A stretch of DNA of 64,000 nt. Origin: Alphaproteobacteria bacterium (GTDB lineage: Bacteria > Pseudomonadota > Alphaproteobacteria > MPNO01). Positions 9,380-19,880 of this stretch are shown here, one piece after another. The number at the start of each line of letters is the position of its first letter. Within the stretch, counting starts at the first letter, position 1. Position numbers and translations under genes: made by a program. The notes under the pieces were generated by a model. That model saw only the letters and a program-made list of their open reading frames with translations, made no database searches and had not been told where the DNA came from. The DNA lies in assembly GCA_965248835.1 (NCBI GenBank), contig CBDFLJ010000002.1, forward strand, positions 928,001-992,000, written 5' to 3'.

Positions 9380-10168
9380 ATGCCTGACAGGTTCAGGACA
9401 GCGCTTTATCCGCTGATCACGGTCGCGGTCATCGTCGTCGCCTGGGAGCTCGCGATCCGCGAATTCGCGATCGAGGACTATATCCTGCCGCACCCGTGGC
9501 TGGTGGTGACCTCGATCGTCGACGGGTTCCGCCAGGGCGGCTTCATGGCGCATTTCTGGGCGACCGCCGAGGCGACGGTGCTGGGTTATGTCCTGGGCTG
9601 CGGGCTCGCGTTCCTGATCGGCGTCGCCGTGGCCGAATCGGTGACCTTCGACAAGTTCGTCTACCCTTGCGTGGTGGCGTTGCAGTCGATGCCCAAGGTC
9701 GCGCTGGCGCCGCTGATCCTGGTCTGGTTCGGCCACGAGATTGAATCGCGGATCATCATGGTCGGGCTGATCTGCTTCTTCCCGATGTTCGTCAACACCG
9801 TCGTGGGCATCCGCCAGACCGACCCGGAGCTGATCGATCTGTGCAAGGCGTTCTCGGCCTCGCGGCGTTACGTGTTCTTCAACGCCAAGCTGCCTTCGGC
9901 GGCGACCGAGATCTTCGCCGGCCTCCAGATCGGCGTGGTGCTGGCGTTGATCGGCGCGGTGGTGGCCGAGTTCGTCGCCTCCGAGCGCGGGATCGGCCAC
10001 ATGATCGATTCGGCCGCGGTCAGCCTGACGGTCTCCAACATGTTCGCCGGCGTCATCATCCTCGCGGTCATGGGCGTGGTCGGCACTGCGGTGGTGCGCG
10101 CCCTGCAGCGTCGCGTCGTCTTCTGGGAGGGCGGTTCGGCGCGGGTCAACTTGGAGCAGGCCTCATGA
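9380..10168 (+). CDS. ABC transporter permease (nitrate/sulfonate type)
   Basis: Multiple transmembrane segments; PKVALAPL, FFP and GAVVAEF motifs. Confidence 0.92.
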   Translation: MPDRFRTALYPLITVAVIVVAWELAIREFAIEDYILPHPWLVVTSIVDGFRQGGFMAHFWATAEATVLGYVLGCGLAFLIGVAVAESVTFDKFVYPCVVALQSMPKVALAPLILVWFGHEIESRIIMVGLICFFPMFVNTVVGIRQTDPELIDLCKAFSASRRYVFFNAKLPSAATEIFAGLQIGVVLALIGAVVAEFVASERGIGHMIDSAAVSLTVSNMFAGVIILAVMGVVGTAVVRALQRRVVFWEGGSARVNLEQAS

Positions 10169-11592
10169 GCGAGCCCGATCTCTGCTATCTCGGCGGCGCC
10201 GAGGCCGCGCGACGGATCGCCGCCGGCGCGCTGTCCCCGGTGGCGCTGGTCGAGGCGATCCTGGCCCGGATCGATGCCGTGCAGCCGGCGCTGAACCCTT
10301 TCACGATCGTCTGCGCCGAGCAGGCGCGCGAGGCCGCGCACGCGGCCGAGGCGGCGCTGGAGCGCGGCGAAGCCACCGGCCCGCTCCACGGCGTGCCCTA
10401 TACGGCCAAGGACATGATCAATGTCGCCGGCCTGCGGATCACCTTCGGCTCGCCGATGTTCGAGGACAACGTGGCCGACGCCGATACCGTGGTCATCGCG
10501 CGGCTCAGACAGGCCGGCGCGATCCTGATCGGCATTACCAACATGGCCGAGTGCGGCCACAAGGGAACCAACGACAACCCGGTCTGGGGGATGACCCGAA
10601 ACCCGTGGAACCCCGAAACCACCCCCGGCGGCTCGTCCGGCGGGGCTGCGACGGCGCTTGCGACCGGCTGCGGCGCGCTGGCGCTTGGCACCGACCGTGC
10701 CGGGTCGGTCCGGATCCCCGCCGGCGCAACCGGCGTCCTGGGGCTCAAGCCCACGCTTGGCGTCTTCCCCTGTCCGGAGACGCCGGACCTGTTCGACACC
10801 ACGACCGTGATCGGCCCGATGGCGCGGTCGGTCGAGGACATCGCGCTGCTGATGAGCGTCTGCGGCGGACCCGACTCGCGCGATCCCTGGTCGCACGGCG
10901 CGGCCAGGAAGGACTACGCCGCCGCGCCGCGCGGCGACATGAAAGGCGTGCGCATCGCCTGGGCGCCGCTGGTCGGCAACGCGGCCATCGACCACGAGAC
11001 GCGGGCGATCTGCGAGGAAGCGGTCGAGGCCTTCCGCCGGCTCGGCGCCGAGGTCCGCGAGATCGACATCGACCTGTCGGCGGCGGTGGACATTCTCTAC
11101 GCCCTGGTCGGGGCGCTGGCACACGCGGCCTACGGCGAGAAGATGGACAGGTTCGGCGAGCGCATCGATCCCTCGCTGCGGCAGGGCATCGCGATGGGCG
11201 GTGCGCTGAGCGCGACGGACCTGGAAAAGGCGCTGTTCGGCCGAGCCGAGCTGTTCCGCAGGATCGAGGCGGTGCTGGCCGAAAACGACCTGCTGGTCAC
11301 GCCCACCCTGACCCGGCCGGCGATCGCCGCCGACCACTTCGCGTTCGACCCGGTGGTGATCAACGGACGACCGCACCGCTCGCCGCGCCATGATTGGTAT
11401 CCCTACACCCATCCGTTCAACCACACCGGACACCCGGCATTGGCTCTGCCGGCGGGCTGGACCGAAGACGGCATGCCGGTGGGGCTGCAGATCGTCGGCC
11501 CCTGGCATTGCGAAGACCGGCTGATCGCCGCCGGCGCCGAGCTCGAAGCCGCGCGGCCCTGGTCGGGGCGCCGTCCGCCCCTGCCGTCCTGA
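10165..11592 (+). CDS. Amidase-signature family amidase
   Basis: GPLHGVPYTAKD, TPGGSSGG and GTDRAGSVRIPA supply the Lys-cisSer-Ser triad. ATGA overlap with the permease. Confidence 0.92.
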   Translation: MSEPDLCYLGGAEAARRIAAGALSPVALVEAILARIDAVQPALNPFTIVCAEQAREAAHAAEAALERGEATGPLHGVPYTAKDMINVAGLRITFGSPMFEDNVADADTVVIARLRQAGAILIGITNMAECGHKGTNDNPVWGMTRNPWNPETTPGGSSGGAATALATGCGALALGTDRAGSVRIPAGATGVLGLKPTLGVFPCPETPDLFDTTTVIGPMARSVEDIALLMSVCGGPDSRDPWSHGAARKDYAAAPRGDMKGVRIAWAPLVGNAAIDHETRAICEEAVEAFRRLGAEVREIDIDLSAAVDILYALVGALAHAAYGEKMDRFGERIDPSLRQGIAMGGALSATDLEKALFGRAELFRRIEAVLAENDLLVTPTLTRPAIAADHFAFDPVVINGRPHRSPRHDWYPYTHPFNHTGHPALALPAGWTEDGMPVGLQIVGPWHCEDRLIAAGAELEAARPWSGRRPPLPS

Positions 11593-11595
11593 CTC

Positions 11596-13197
11596 TCAGG
11601 CGGCCTTGATCATGTCGGAGGCCTTCTCGGCGATCATGATCGTCGGCGCGTTGGTGTTGCCGCCGGTGATCGTCGGCATCACCGAGGCATCGACGACGCG
11701 CAGGCCTTCGATGCCGCGCACCCGCAGCTCCGGGTCGACCACCGAGTCCTCGTCCGCACCCATGCGGCAGGTGCCGATCGGGTGGAAGATGGTGTGCGCG
11801 TTCTCGCGCACCCAGTCCGACAGCACCTCGCCGTCGTCGATTTCGGGCCCGGGCATCCTCTCGGTCCCGCGATAGCGATCGAACGCCGGCGCATACATCA
11901 GCCGGCGCGCCTCCTGGAAGCCGCGCACCAGGGTGTCGAGGTCCTCGGACTCGGCGAAGAAGCACGGGTCGATCCGCGGCCGGTCCACCGGATCGGCCGA
12001 TTTCAGGGTTATCTCGCCGCGGCTCTTGGGGCGCAGCAGGGTCGCGCTGACCGAGAATCCGTGGCCCCAGCCGAACAACCTTCCATCCTTGCCCCGCTGG
12101 CCCGGCACGAAGCCGATCTGGATGTCGGGCCGCGGCGCGGTGGGGTCGGTCCGCACAAAACCGCCGCTTTCGATCAGGTTGGAGGTCCAGAAGCCGCGCC
12201 GGGAGACCGCGTAGCGAAGCACGCTCCAGGCCATCCACGGCATCGCGCGCGCGGACAGCCCATAGGGCACCAGGCTCGGGCTTTCGAACTCGACCCGCGC
12301 GGAGATGTGGTCCTGAAGGTTCTTGCCGACCGCGGGCAGCGCATGGGCAAGCGGGATCCCCAGCTCCGACAGCGCAGCGCCGTCGCCGATGCCGGACAGC
12401 ATCATGAGTTGAGGGGAGGCGATGGCGCCGCCTGACAGGATGACCTCCCGCCGGGCGCCGATCGATTCACCCTGCGCGCCGTTGGCGAGTGCGACGCCGA
12501 CGGCGCGGCGGCCTTCGAGCATGACGCGGGCGACCTGGCGACCGGTCTTGACCTCCAGGTTCGGCCGGCCCTTCGCCGGGGTCAGGAACGCGGCGGCGGC
12601 CGAGCACCGCCGGCCGTCCCGCTGTGTGACCTGGAAGACGCCGAACCCTTCCTGGTCGGCGCCGTTGAAGTCCTCATTGCGGCTGTATTGCAGGCTTTCG
12701 GCGGCTTCCACCAACGTCTCGCCCAGCGGGTTCGGACGGTCGACATAGGTCACGTTGAGCGGGCCGCCCTGGCCGTGCAACGCGCTGGCGCCATAAGTCT
12801 CGTTGTGCTCGGACTTCAGGAAATAGGGAAGCACGTCATCCCAGCCCCAGCCGGACAGCCCGGCCGCCTCCCATTCGTCATAGTCGCCGCGGTGGCCCCG
12901 GATATAGACCATGCCGTTGATCGAGCTCGACCCGCCAAGCGAGCGCCCGCGCGGGATATAGACCGCGGCCCCGTTCATCTGCTTCTGCGGCTCGGTCTCG
13001 AAGCGCCAGTTGAGCGTCTTGTGGCGCATCAGGGCGAACAGTGCGGCCGGAATATGGATCAGCGGGCTACGGTCCGGCGGGCCGGCCTCGATCAGGCAGA
13101 CGCTGGTTGCCGGGTCCTCGCTCAGCCGGCTGGCCAGCACGCATCCGGCCGAGCCGCCGCCCACGATGACGTAATCGAAATGTTCGCCGTTGCCCAT
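11596..13197 (-). CDS. GMC oxidoreductase (choline-dehydrogenase-like)
   Basis: DYVIVGGGSAG, GGSSSINGMVYIRG, VGKNLQDH, FHPIGTCRMG and GNTNAP motifs. Confidence 0.93.
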   Translation of the reverse strand: MGNGEHFDYVIVGGGSAGCVLASRLSEDPATSVCLIEAGPPDRSPLIHIPAALFALMRHKTLNWRFETEPQKQMNGAAVYIPRGRSLGGSSSINGMVYIRGHRGDYDEWEAAGLSGWGWDDVLPYFLKSEHNETYGASALHGQGGPLNVTYVDRPNPLGETLVEAAESLQYSRNEDFNGADQEGFGVFQVTQRDGRRCSAAAAFLTPAKGRPNLEVKTGRQVARVMLEGRRAVGVALANGAQGESIGARREVILSGGAIASPQLMMLSGIGDGAALSELGIPLAHALPAVGKNLQDHISARVEFESPSLVPYGLSARAMPWMAWSVLRYAVSRRGFWTSNLIESGGFVRTDPTAPRPDIQIGFVPGQRGKDGRLFGWGHGFSVSATLLRPKSRGEITLKSADPVDRPRIDPCFFAESEDLDTLVRGFQEARRLMYAPAFDRYRGTERMPGPEIDDGEVLSDWVRENAHTIFHPIGTCRMGADEDSVVDPELRVRGIEGLRVVDASVMPTITGGNTNAPTIMIAEKASDMIKAA

Positions 13198-13341
13198 GGA
13201 TTGATCCGTCCGACGTTTTGCTTCGCCCGGTGATCACTCTATCGCATCGTCGCGCCGGAGGAAGCCGGTGCCATCCCCTCCCTGGTACGTTGGGGGGTCC
13301 TGAACTAACATCGACGGAGAATCAATTTTGGAGCCTGGGGA

Positions 13342-15312
13342 ATGATCTTTCCGCGCCTGTTTTCGACCGCACGGGTCGGCGGCATCGAAATCCGCAACCG
13401 GCTTCTGATGCCGCCCATGCACACCAACCTCGGTGATCCCGACGACGGGATCTCCGAGGCCGGGATCGATTTCTACGTCGCCCGAGCGCGCGGCGGCTTC
13501 GGCATGGTCGGGGTCGGCATCATCGATTCCTTCCAGTTCGGCCATGCCAGCCCCGGCGAGTTCGTCCTGCACAACGACCGCCACGTGAAGGTCCATGCCC
13601 GCCTGGTCGCGCAGCTCAAGGCCGAAGGTGCGTTCGCCTACGCCCAGATCGGCCTGCGCCGCATCTGGCCGCTGCACGAGATGCGGCGCAGGCCGAAGCT
13701 GTCGGAGTTTCCCGGCCACGAGATCGAGATCTGGGTCGCGGCCGTCATCGATACCGCCAAGCGGGCGATGGAGGCGGGCTACGACGCGATCGATCTGCTG
13801 GGCAACGGCGGCGGGGCGATCAGCATCTTCATGTCCCAGGTCTTCAACGACCGCGACGACGACTGGGGCGGCGACGAGGAACGCAGGCTCGCCTTCCCGA
13901 CCGCGATCGTGCGCGGCATCCGCGAACAGGTCAGCCGCGAGGTGCCGATCTTCTTCCGGCTGCACGGCGCGGAGTTCCTCTCCGGCGGCTACGGCCTGGA
14001 CGGGGCGGTCCGCAATGCCCAGCACCTGGCGTCCGAAGGGGTCGGGCTGTTCAACGTCGCTGCGGGCGGGCATGCCACCACCGTGCCCAACCTCACCCCC
14101 GACGTGCCGGAATCCGGCTTCGCATTCCTGTCGCACGCGCTCAAGCGGGCCGGGGTGCCGGCGCTGGTCGCCGCCTCGACCCGGATCAGCGAGCCATTCG
14201 CCGCCGAGGAGATCCTGCGCAAGGGATGGGCTGATTTCATCTCGCTGGCCCGCCCGGCGCTTGCCGATCCCGATTGGCCGAACAAGGCCCAGGCCGGCGA
14301 TTGGCAGGACATCAGGCTTTGCATCGCCTGCAACGAGTGCCTGGATCTGTCGACCGTGCGCGAGGAGACGGTGCGCTGCCTGGTCAACCCGCGGGCCGGA
14401 CGGCATCGCGAGCTCGCCGCGGTGGCGCCGGCCGAGGCGCGCAAGAAGGTCGTCGTCATCGGCGGCGGCTGCGTCGGGCTCCAGGCCGCCATCACCGCGG
14501 CCGAACGCGGCCACGAGGTGCACCTCTACGAGAAGCGGCCCTATCTCGGGGGCAAATGGCTGATTTCCTATGCGCCGCCCGGCCGCGAGCCGTTGCAGGC
14601 GTTCCTGGTCTGGCTGGTCGGCCAGGCCAAGCGCGCCGGGGTGCAAATCCATCTCGGCGTGACCGCGACGCCCGCGTTGCTGAGCGCGGCGGAACCCGAC
14701 GAGATCATTGCCACCATCGGCGCCGCCCCGGTCCTTCCCGACATCCCGGGGATCGATCTACCCCATGTCGTGACCGGCGAAGAGGTGCTGATGGGCCAGG
14801 TCGATCTCGGCCGCAACGTGGTCGTCGCCGGCGGCGGCGGGGCGGGGGTCGAGGTCGCCCATTTCATCGCCACGCTGCATCGGCTGGACCGCAACCTGAT
14901 CTCCCACCTGGAGGCCTTCGACGGCTACACCGCGGTCAAGGACCAGGTCGAGGCGGGCCGGCGCAACGTGACCCTCCTGGGACGCAACCGGCGGATGGGG
15001 GCCGGGCTCGGTCCGGCCACCCGCTGGGTGCTGGTCCACGAGCTGACCAATGACGGGATCGAGGTGATGGCCGGTCACGCGCTGAGCGCGATCGGGCCCA
15101 ACGCGGTGATCGCGACCGCCATGGAGGACGGCACCGAGAAAGAGATCGAGGCCGACAGCGTGGTGATCTGCGCCGGATATAAGACCGATCCGGCCGAGCT
15201 CGAGCTGCTGCGGACCGCCGCCCCGAGCCTGCACGCGTTGGGCGACGTCAAGTCGGTCGGTCACGCAATCACCGGCATTGCAGAGGCGTACGACCTGGCG
15301 CTGCGGATCTGA
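13342..15312 (+). CDS. Multidomain flavin oxidoreductase, OYE/FadH(BaiCD)-like, with 4Fe-4S cluster and FAD domain
   Basis: TIM-barrel motifs (NRLLMPPM, ARARGG, RDDDWGG, ARPALADP), CIACNEC...C cluster, and two Rossmann motifs. Confidence 0.88.
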   Translation: MIFPRLFSTARVGGIEIRNRLLMPPMHTNLGDPDDGISEAGIDFYVARARGGFGMVGVGIIDSFQFGHASPGEFVLHNDRHVKVHARLVAQLKAEGAFAYAQIGLRRIWPLHEMRRRPKLSEFPGHEIEIWVAAVIDTAKRAMEAGYDAIDLLGNGGGAISIFMSQVFNDRDDDWGGDEERRLAFPTAIVRGIREQVSREVPIFFRLHGAEFLSGGYGLDGAVRNAQHLASEGVGLFNVAAGGHATTVPNLTPDVPESGFAFLSHALKRAGVPALVAASTRISEPFAAEEILRKGWADFISLARPALADPDWPNKAQAGDWQDIRLCIACNECLDLSTVREETVRCLVNPRAGRHRELAAVAPAEARKKVVVIGGGCVGLQAAITAAERGHEVHLYEKRPYLGGKWLISYAPPGREPLQAFLVWLVGQAKRAGVQIHLGVTATPALLSAAEPDEIIATIGAAPVLPDIPGIDLPHVVTGEEVLMGQVDLGRNVVVAGGGGAGVEVAHFIATLHRLDRNLISHLEAFDGYTAVKDQVEAGRRNVTLLGRNRRMGAGLGPATRWVLVHELTNDGIEVMAGHALSAIGPNAVIATAMEDGTEKEIEADSVVICAGYKTDPAELELLRTAAPSLHALGDVKSVGHAITGIAEAYDLALRI

Positions 15313-15323
15313 GAGCCGGACGC

Positions 15324-16961
15324 ATGACGGCGATTCCGGAAACACGCGCGGCCGCGCGCCGCCGCTGGGTCGCCGATCTGGCCGCGCGCGACGACAATCC
15401 GACATTCGCCGACGCCTGCGACCGCAACGCCGAGGAACTGCCCGACCGGACCGCGCTGATCGACCGCAGCGCACGGCTTAGCTGGGGCGCGGTCAGGCAG
15501 GTCTCGGACCGTCTCGCCCAAGCGCTGCTGGAGCGCGGGCTGATGCGCCCCGACGTGGCGCTCCTCCATCTCGGGAACTGCGTCGAGCAGTTCCTGATCC
15601 GGCTGGCCTGCGAGAAGGCCGGTGTGCGGGTGATCCTGACCACAACCGCCTTCCGCGAGACCGAGCTGGTCTCGATCATCGAGCGCGCCAAGCCGGCGAT
15701 CGCCTTCGTCTCAGCGCGGCTCGCCGGGCGCGGGCACTACGACGTTCTCCGCCGGGCGCTGGAAGAGCGCGGCATCGCCCTCGGCTTCGTTCTGGTGGGC
15801 GGCGAAAATGTGGCTTGGGGCGAGACCTACGAAGCGTTGCTCGCATCGGCCGCCGCCGAACCCAGCGCGGGCCTTCTTGCACGGACCCGCTTCGGCTGGG
15901 GGGAGCGGTTCTATTTCACCACCACCAGCGGCTCGACCAGCGCGCCCAAGATTGCCGATACGATCTTCGGCCATCGGCTCTGGCTGTCCCTCAAGCATGC
16001 AGCAGGAGTCGGTCTGGCGGTCGGCGAGCGTCTAGCCGCGCTGCCGCCGATGACCTCGGGGACCTCCGATTCGCTGGTCCAGCACGCCGCGCCCTATTTC
16101 GCCGCGCCGGTCGTGCTCGAGTCCCGGTTCGCGGCCGTGGAGACCGCCCGCTTGCTGGTCGACGAAGAGGTCGCCGTCGCGACCGCGGTGCCGACGATGC
16201 TCGCCCGCCTGCTGGCGAGCGGCGCCGTCGAGCGCCTGGCCGATGCGCCGCTTCGCTGTTTTGCGACCTACGCTGACGCGATCGGCTACGACCTCGCCGC
16301 CGCGGTCGAGGAGCGCGGCCGATGCGCCGTCGTGCGCTGTTACGGCACGATGGATTTCGGCGGCATCTCGATGTCGACGCTGGATGATGACCGCGCGGCG
16401 CGCATCCGCACGGTCGGCAAGCCGTTTGCCGAGAACGACGTCCGCATCATCGACGCCGACGGCAACGAGACCGCCTCGGGCGTCGAGGGCGAGATCGTGA
16501 TGCGGCCGAGCCGGCTGGTGATGGGCGGCGGCTATTACCGCGACCTGGAGAAGTCACGCGCGGCCTGGGCCGGGGATTTCTATCGCCTGGGCGATTTCGG
16601 TCATTTCGATGAGGACGGCAACATCGTGCTCGCCGGCCGCGGCGAGGAATTGATCATCCGCGGCGGGCAGAACATCGTACCGGCCGAAGTGGAGGCGCTG
16701 ATGATCTCCCACCCCGATGTGATCGAGGTCGCGGTCGTCGGTCTGCCGGACGAGGAGATGGGCCAACGGGTCTGCGCCTGCGTAGTCTTGGAGAACGGCG
16801 CATCGCTGGCGCTCGAGGACGTGCGCCGTCATTTCGACGCGCTCGGCATCGCCCGCTTCAAATGCCCCGAACGCATCGCGCAATTCGACGCATTCCCGAT
16901 GGCCATGTCGGGGATGAAAATCGACCGCCGCCGGCTGGTCGACCTGGTCGGGCAGGGATAG
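15324..16961 (+). CDS. Acyl-CoA synthetase / AMP-ligase (ANL superfamily)
   Basis: TTSGSTSAPK P-loop, YGTMD, YRLGD, GR...LIIRGGQNI and terminal GMKID. Confidence 0.87.
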   Translation: MTAIPETRAAARRRWVADLAARDDNPTFADACDRNAEELPDRTALIDRSARLSWGAVRQVSDRLAQALLERGLMRPDVALLHLGNCVEQFLIRLACEKAGVRVILTTTAFRETELVSIIERAKPAIAFVSARLAGRGHYDVLRRALEERGIALGFVLVGGENVAWGETYEALLASAAAEPSAGLLARTRFGWGERFYFTTTSGSTSAPKIADTIFGHRLWLSLKHAAGVGLAVGERLAALPPMTSGTSDSLVQHAAPYFAAPVVLESRFAAVETARLLVDEEVAVATAVPTMLARLLASGAVERLADAPLRCFATYADAIGYDLAAAVEERGRCAVVRCYGTMDFGGISMSTLDDDRAARIRTVGKPFAENDVRIIDADGNETASGVEGEIVMRPSRLVMGGGYYRDLEKSRAAWAGDFYRLGDFGHFDEDGNIVLAGRGEELIIRGGQNIVPAEVEALMISHPDVIEVAVVGLPDEEMGQRVCACVVLENGASLALEDVRRHFDALGIARFKCPERIAQFDAFPMAMSGMKIDRRRLVDLVGQG

Positions 16962-16992
16962 CCCCGCCGGTATCAAGGAGGCTAAGCCAAGC

Positions 16993-17835
16993 ATGACCAC
17001 TCCCGAAAATCCCGAGATCGGCGCGTGCATCGAGGCTGCCGGGATCCGCACCAACTGCCACGACGCCGGCGCGGGAGCGCCGGTCATGCTGCTCCACGGC
17101 TCCGGCCCCGGGGTGACGGCGTGGGCCAACTGGCGGCTGGTGCTGCCCAGGCTGGCGCCCGAATTCCGGGTCATCGCACCGGATATCGTGGGTTTCGGCT
17201 ACACCGACCGCCCGGCCGATGCGGTCTACGACATGGCCTACTGGACCCGCCATGCGGTCGGCGTCCTGGATGCGCTGGACATCCGGACATGCGATCTCAT
17301 TGGCAATTCCTTCGGCGGCGCGCTTGCGCTCTCGCTTGCGGTCAACCACCCCGACCGCGTCGGGCGCATGGTGCTGATGGGCGCGGCCGGCATCGACTTC
17401 GCGCTGACCCCGGGGCTGGATGCGGTCTGGGGCTACGAGCCCTCGCTCGAGGCGATGGGCGAGCTGGTCGGGATGTTCGCCTGGAACAACGATATCGTTA
17501 CCCAAGACCTCATCCGGCTGCGCTACGAGGCGAGCATCAGGCCCGGCTACCAGGACTCCTATGCCAGCATGTTCCCCGCCCCGCGCCAGCGCCATATCGA
17601 CGCGATGGCTCAGAGCGAGGACGCGCTGCGCGCGATCGGCCACCCGAGCCTGATCGTCCACGGCCGCGAAGACCGCATCATTCCGCTCGATGCGAGCATC
17701 AGGCTCAGCCGGCTGATCCCGCGTTCGGAACTCCACGTCTTCGGACAATGCGGGCATTGGACCCAGATCGAGCACAATGCGCGGTTTTGCCGCCTGGTGG
17801 CGGATTTCCTGTCCCACACCGCCGATCGGACCTGA
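16993..17835 (+). CDS. Meta-cleavage product (2-hydroxymuconic-semialdehyde-type) C-C hydrolase
   Basis: LLHGSGPG, WANW, GNSFGG, HGREDRII and CGHWTQIE motifs, typical of XylF/DmpD/TodF-like enzymes. Confidence 0.88.
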   Translation: MTTPENPEIGACIEAAGIRTNCHDAGAGAPVMLLHGSGPGVTAWANWRLVLPRLAPEFRVIAPDIVGFGYTDRPADAVYDMAYWTRHAVGVLDALDIRTCDLIGNSFGGALALSLAVNHPDRVGRMVLMGAAGIDFALTPGLDAVWGYEPSLEAMGELVGMFAWNNDIVTQDLIRLRYEASIRPGYQDSYASMFPAPRQRHIDAMAQSEDALRAIGHPSLIVHGREDRIIPLDASIRLSRLIPRSELHVFGQCGHWTQIEHNARFCRLVADFLSHTADRT

Positions 17836-17853
17836 ATTTGGGAGGCAAAGACG

Positions 17854-18477
17854 ATGAAGATGCTGCACGATGTTGCGATTCCCGGCCGCGAAGGCGGCGC
17901 GTGGATCGTCCGCGAGGGCCAGCACATCAAGGTGACCGACGTCGATGGCGGATGCATCTGTGACTTCGTCAGCTTCAATGCGCACAAGCTGAAGGAGCGT
18001 TTCAGCCAGGCCCGCACCAAGTCCAACCAGGGCAAGATCCTGCTGTCGGTGGGCGACCATCTTTATACCCGCGACAACAACGTCCTGCTGACCATCACCG
18101 AGGACACCTACGGCGTCCACGACATGGAATACGGCATGTGCAGCGCCTGGGTGTACCAGAACATCGGCGGGGACTACGACAGCCTGGACGAGGGGTTCAA
18201 GATCGGCGGACCGCTCGGCTATCCAAGCTTCGGCTGTTACGAGGTGCTGCAGAAGGCGCTGGCGGACTACCCGATCGAGCCGGAGAACATCCCCGAGACG
18301 CTCAACCTGTTTCAGACGCTCGCCTTCGAGATGCCCGAGGGCAGGTTCCGCACCCGGGAGGGCGGCAGCAAGCCGGGCGACTATATCGATTTCGTCGCCC
18401 GGATGGACACGCTGTGCGCGGTCAGCGCCTGTCCCGCCGCCGGCCGGCCGCTCCGCATCCAGATCTACGAGCCCTGA
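17854..18477 (+). CDS. DUF1989 / urea-carboxylase-associated family protein
   Basis: DVDGG.ICDF, HDMEYGMC, GCYE, LNLF, SKPGDYIDF and VSACP motifs. Confidence 0.82.
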   Translation: MKMLHDVAIPGREGGAWIVREGQHIKVTDVDGGCICDFVSFNAHKLKERFSQARTKSNQGKILLSVGDHLYTRDNNVLLTITEDTYGVHDMEYGMCSAWVYQNIGGDYDSLDEGFKIGGPLGYPSFGCYEVLQKALADYPIEPENIPETLNLFQTLAFEMPEGRFRTREGGSKPGDYIDFVARMDTLCAVSACPAAGRPLRIQIYEP

Positions 18478-18479
18478 AG

Positions 18480-18518
18480 CACCGTCCGATCGGGCCGCGC
18501 TGCGCGGCCCCGACGGTG
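18480..18518. terminator. GC-rich hairpin between convergent genes (possible bidirectional terminator)
   Basis: Outer stem CACCGTC/GACGGTG and inner stem GGGCCGCG/CGCGGCCC. No U-tract. Confidence 0.4.
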
Positions 18519-18533
18519 ATGATCCTCGACATC

Positions 18534-19613
18534 TCAAGCCTCCGCGAGGTGGCCGTCGGGATGGGGCATCTCGTGGTAAATGCCAAGCGACTTCATGGCC
18601 GGGAAGTCGTGGATCGAGAACAGGACCGCGGGCTCACCGTTCGAATTACCATGCTCATGCCAGAACCAGGTCGGAACCACGAACAGGTCGCCCTCGGCCC
18701 AATCGAAGCGCTGATCCCCGACCATGCTATGGCCCTCTCCCTGGAAGACGTAATACACCGCGCAGCTGGTGTGCCGATGCGCCCGGGTCCGGACACCGGG
18801 CCTGATCATCTGAACGCAGCAGGTGAAGGTTGGATAGAGCGACTTGCCGGTCGCCGGATTGACGTATTCGAGGATCACATCGTCGAACGGGCTGACCTCG
18901 GTCTTGGCGAGGCGGCTGAGTGCCTCATAGGTCGACGCCCACCGGTAATGGATGAGCCCCACGCGGTTCGAGGTGCCGTCACTGTCCCACATCGGCTTCA
19001 GGCCGGCCGCGCTGTAGCGCTGCTCCGAGAGCCCTGCCGCCGAGCCCGATAACTGCTTCTCGGCCGACAATTCATAGCCGACATATTCACCCACGGTTTC
19101 GAGATAGCCCATCGCGTCGAGATACTGGACCAGCGGAAGGTCGAGCGCATCGAGCCACACGCCGGCCTCGTTGCCTTCGCCGCCATAGTCGTGCCACTCG
19201 CCGCCCGGCGTCACGATCAGGTCGCCGGGCTCCATGATGCACTTGTCGTTTTCGACCGTCGTGTAAGCGCCGCTCCCCTTGAGGAAAAATCGGATCGCGT
19301 TTGCCGTATGCCGATGCGGCACCGCGATTTCGTTGGGCAGAATCTGCTGGACCGAGACCGAGAGCGACTGGGTCGCGTATTTCCATCCCGGCGTTCCGGG
19401 GTTCGCAAGCCGCAGCATGCGCCGTTCGCCCAACGCCATGCTCGCCGCCTTTTCGGTCAATCGCTCAATCTCGGCCGCTTTCCAGTGATGCGCTTGAATG
19501 AGGTGTTTCTTCGGGCGGACGATCGGTTGCCCGGCCGAGCCCGGAAAGTCGAGCGCCGCGCCATACACCTCGGCGAGGAAATCGTCCTGCGTCGTCGTTT
19601 GCTGCTGCGCCAT
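18534..19613 (-). CDS. Gentisate 1,2-dioxygenase-like bicupin ring-cleavage dioxygenase
   Basis: ERRMLRLANPG, PHRHTANAIRF..G.GAYT, WHDYG, WLDALDLPL, and a second cupin HRHT...WHEH. Confidence 0.85.
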   Translation of the reverse strand: MAQQQTTTQDDFLAEVYGAALDFPGSAGQPIVRPKKHLIQAHHWKAAEIERLTEKAASMALGERRMLRLANPGTPGWKYATQSLSVSVQQILPNEIAVPHRHTANAIRFFLKGSGAYTTVENDKCIMEPGDLIVTPGGEWHDYGGEGNEAGVWLDALDLPLVQYLDAMGYLETVGEYVGYELSAEKQLSGSAAGLSEQRYSAAGLKPMWDSDGTSNRVGLIHYRWASTYEALSRLAKTEVSPFDDVILEYVNPATGKSLYPTFTCCVQMIRPGVRTRAHRHTSCAVYYVFQGEGHSMVGDQRFDWAEGDLFVVPTWFWHEHGNSNGEPAVLFSIHDFPAMKSLGIYHEMPHPDGHLAEA

Positions 19614-19880
19614 GTCCCGCTCCTCATGTTGCGCGATGGACGGGCCGGTCCCACACCGTCGCGGCGGGTGATATCGTTCGTCTTCGTGCCATCACATTAC
19701 AACCCCCGGAGTCTTGACGTAAACATGGACATGAACCAGTGTCGGCGCCCAATAATGTGGATCGGCGGCAAACCAGCCAGAAATCCCCAGGCGCGACCGG
19801 CACCCGGCGAGGCAGCGATCTAAACGCCCCAAGCCATGCGCGCCCGCGACCGACCGGCAATGCAATGCGAGGAGGCCCGC

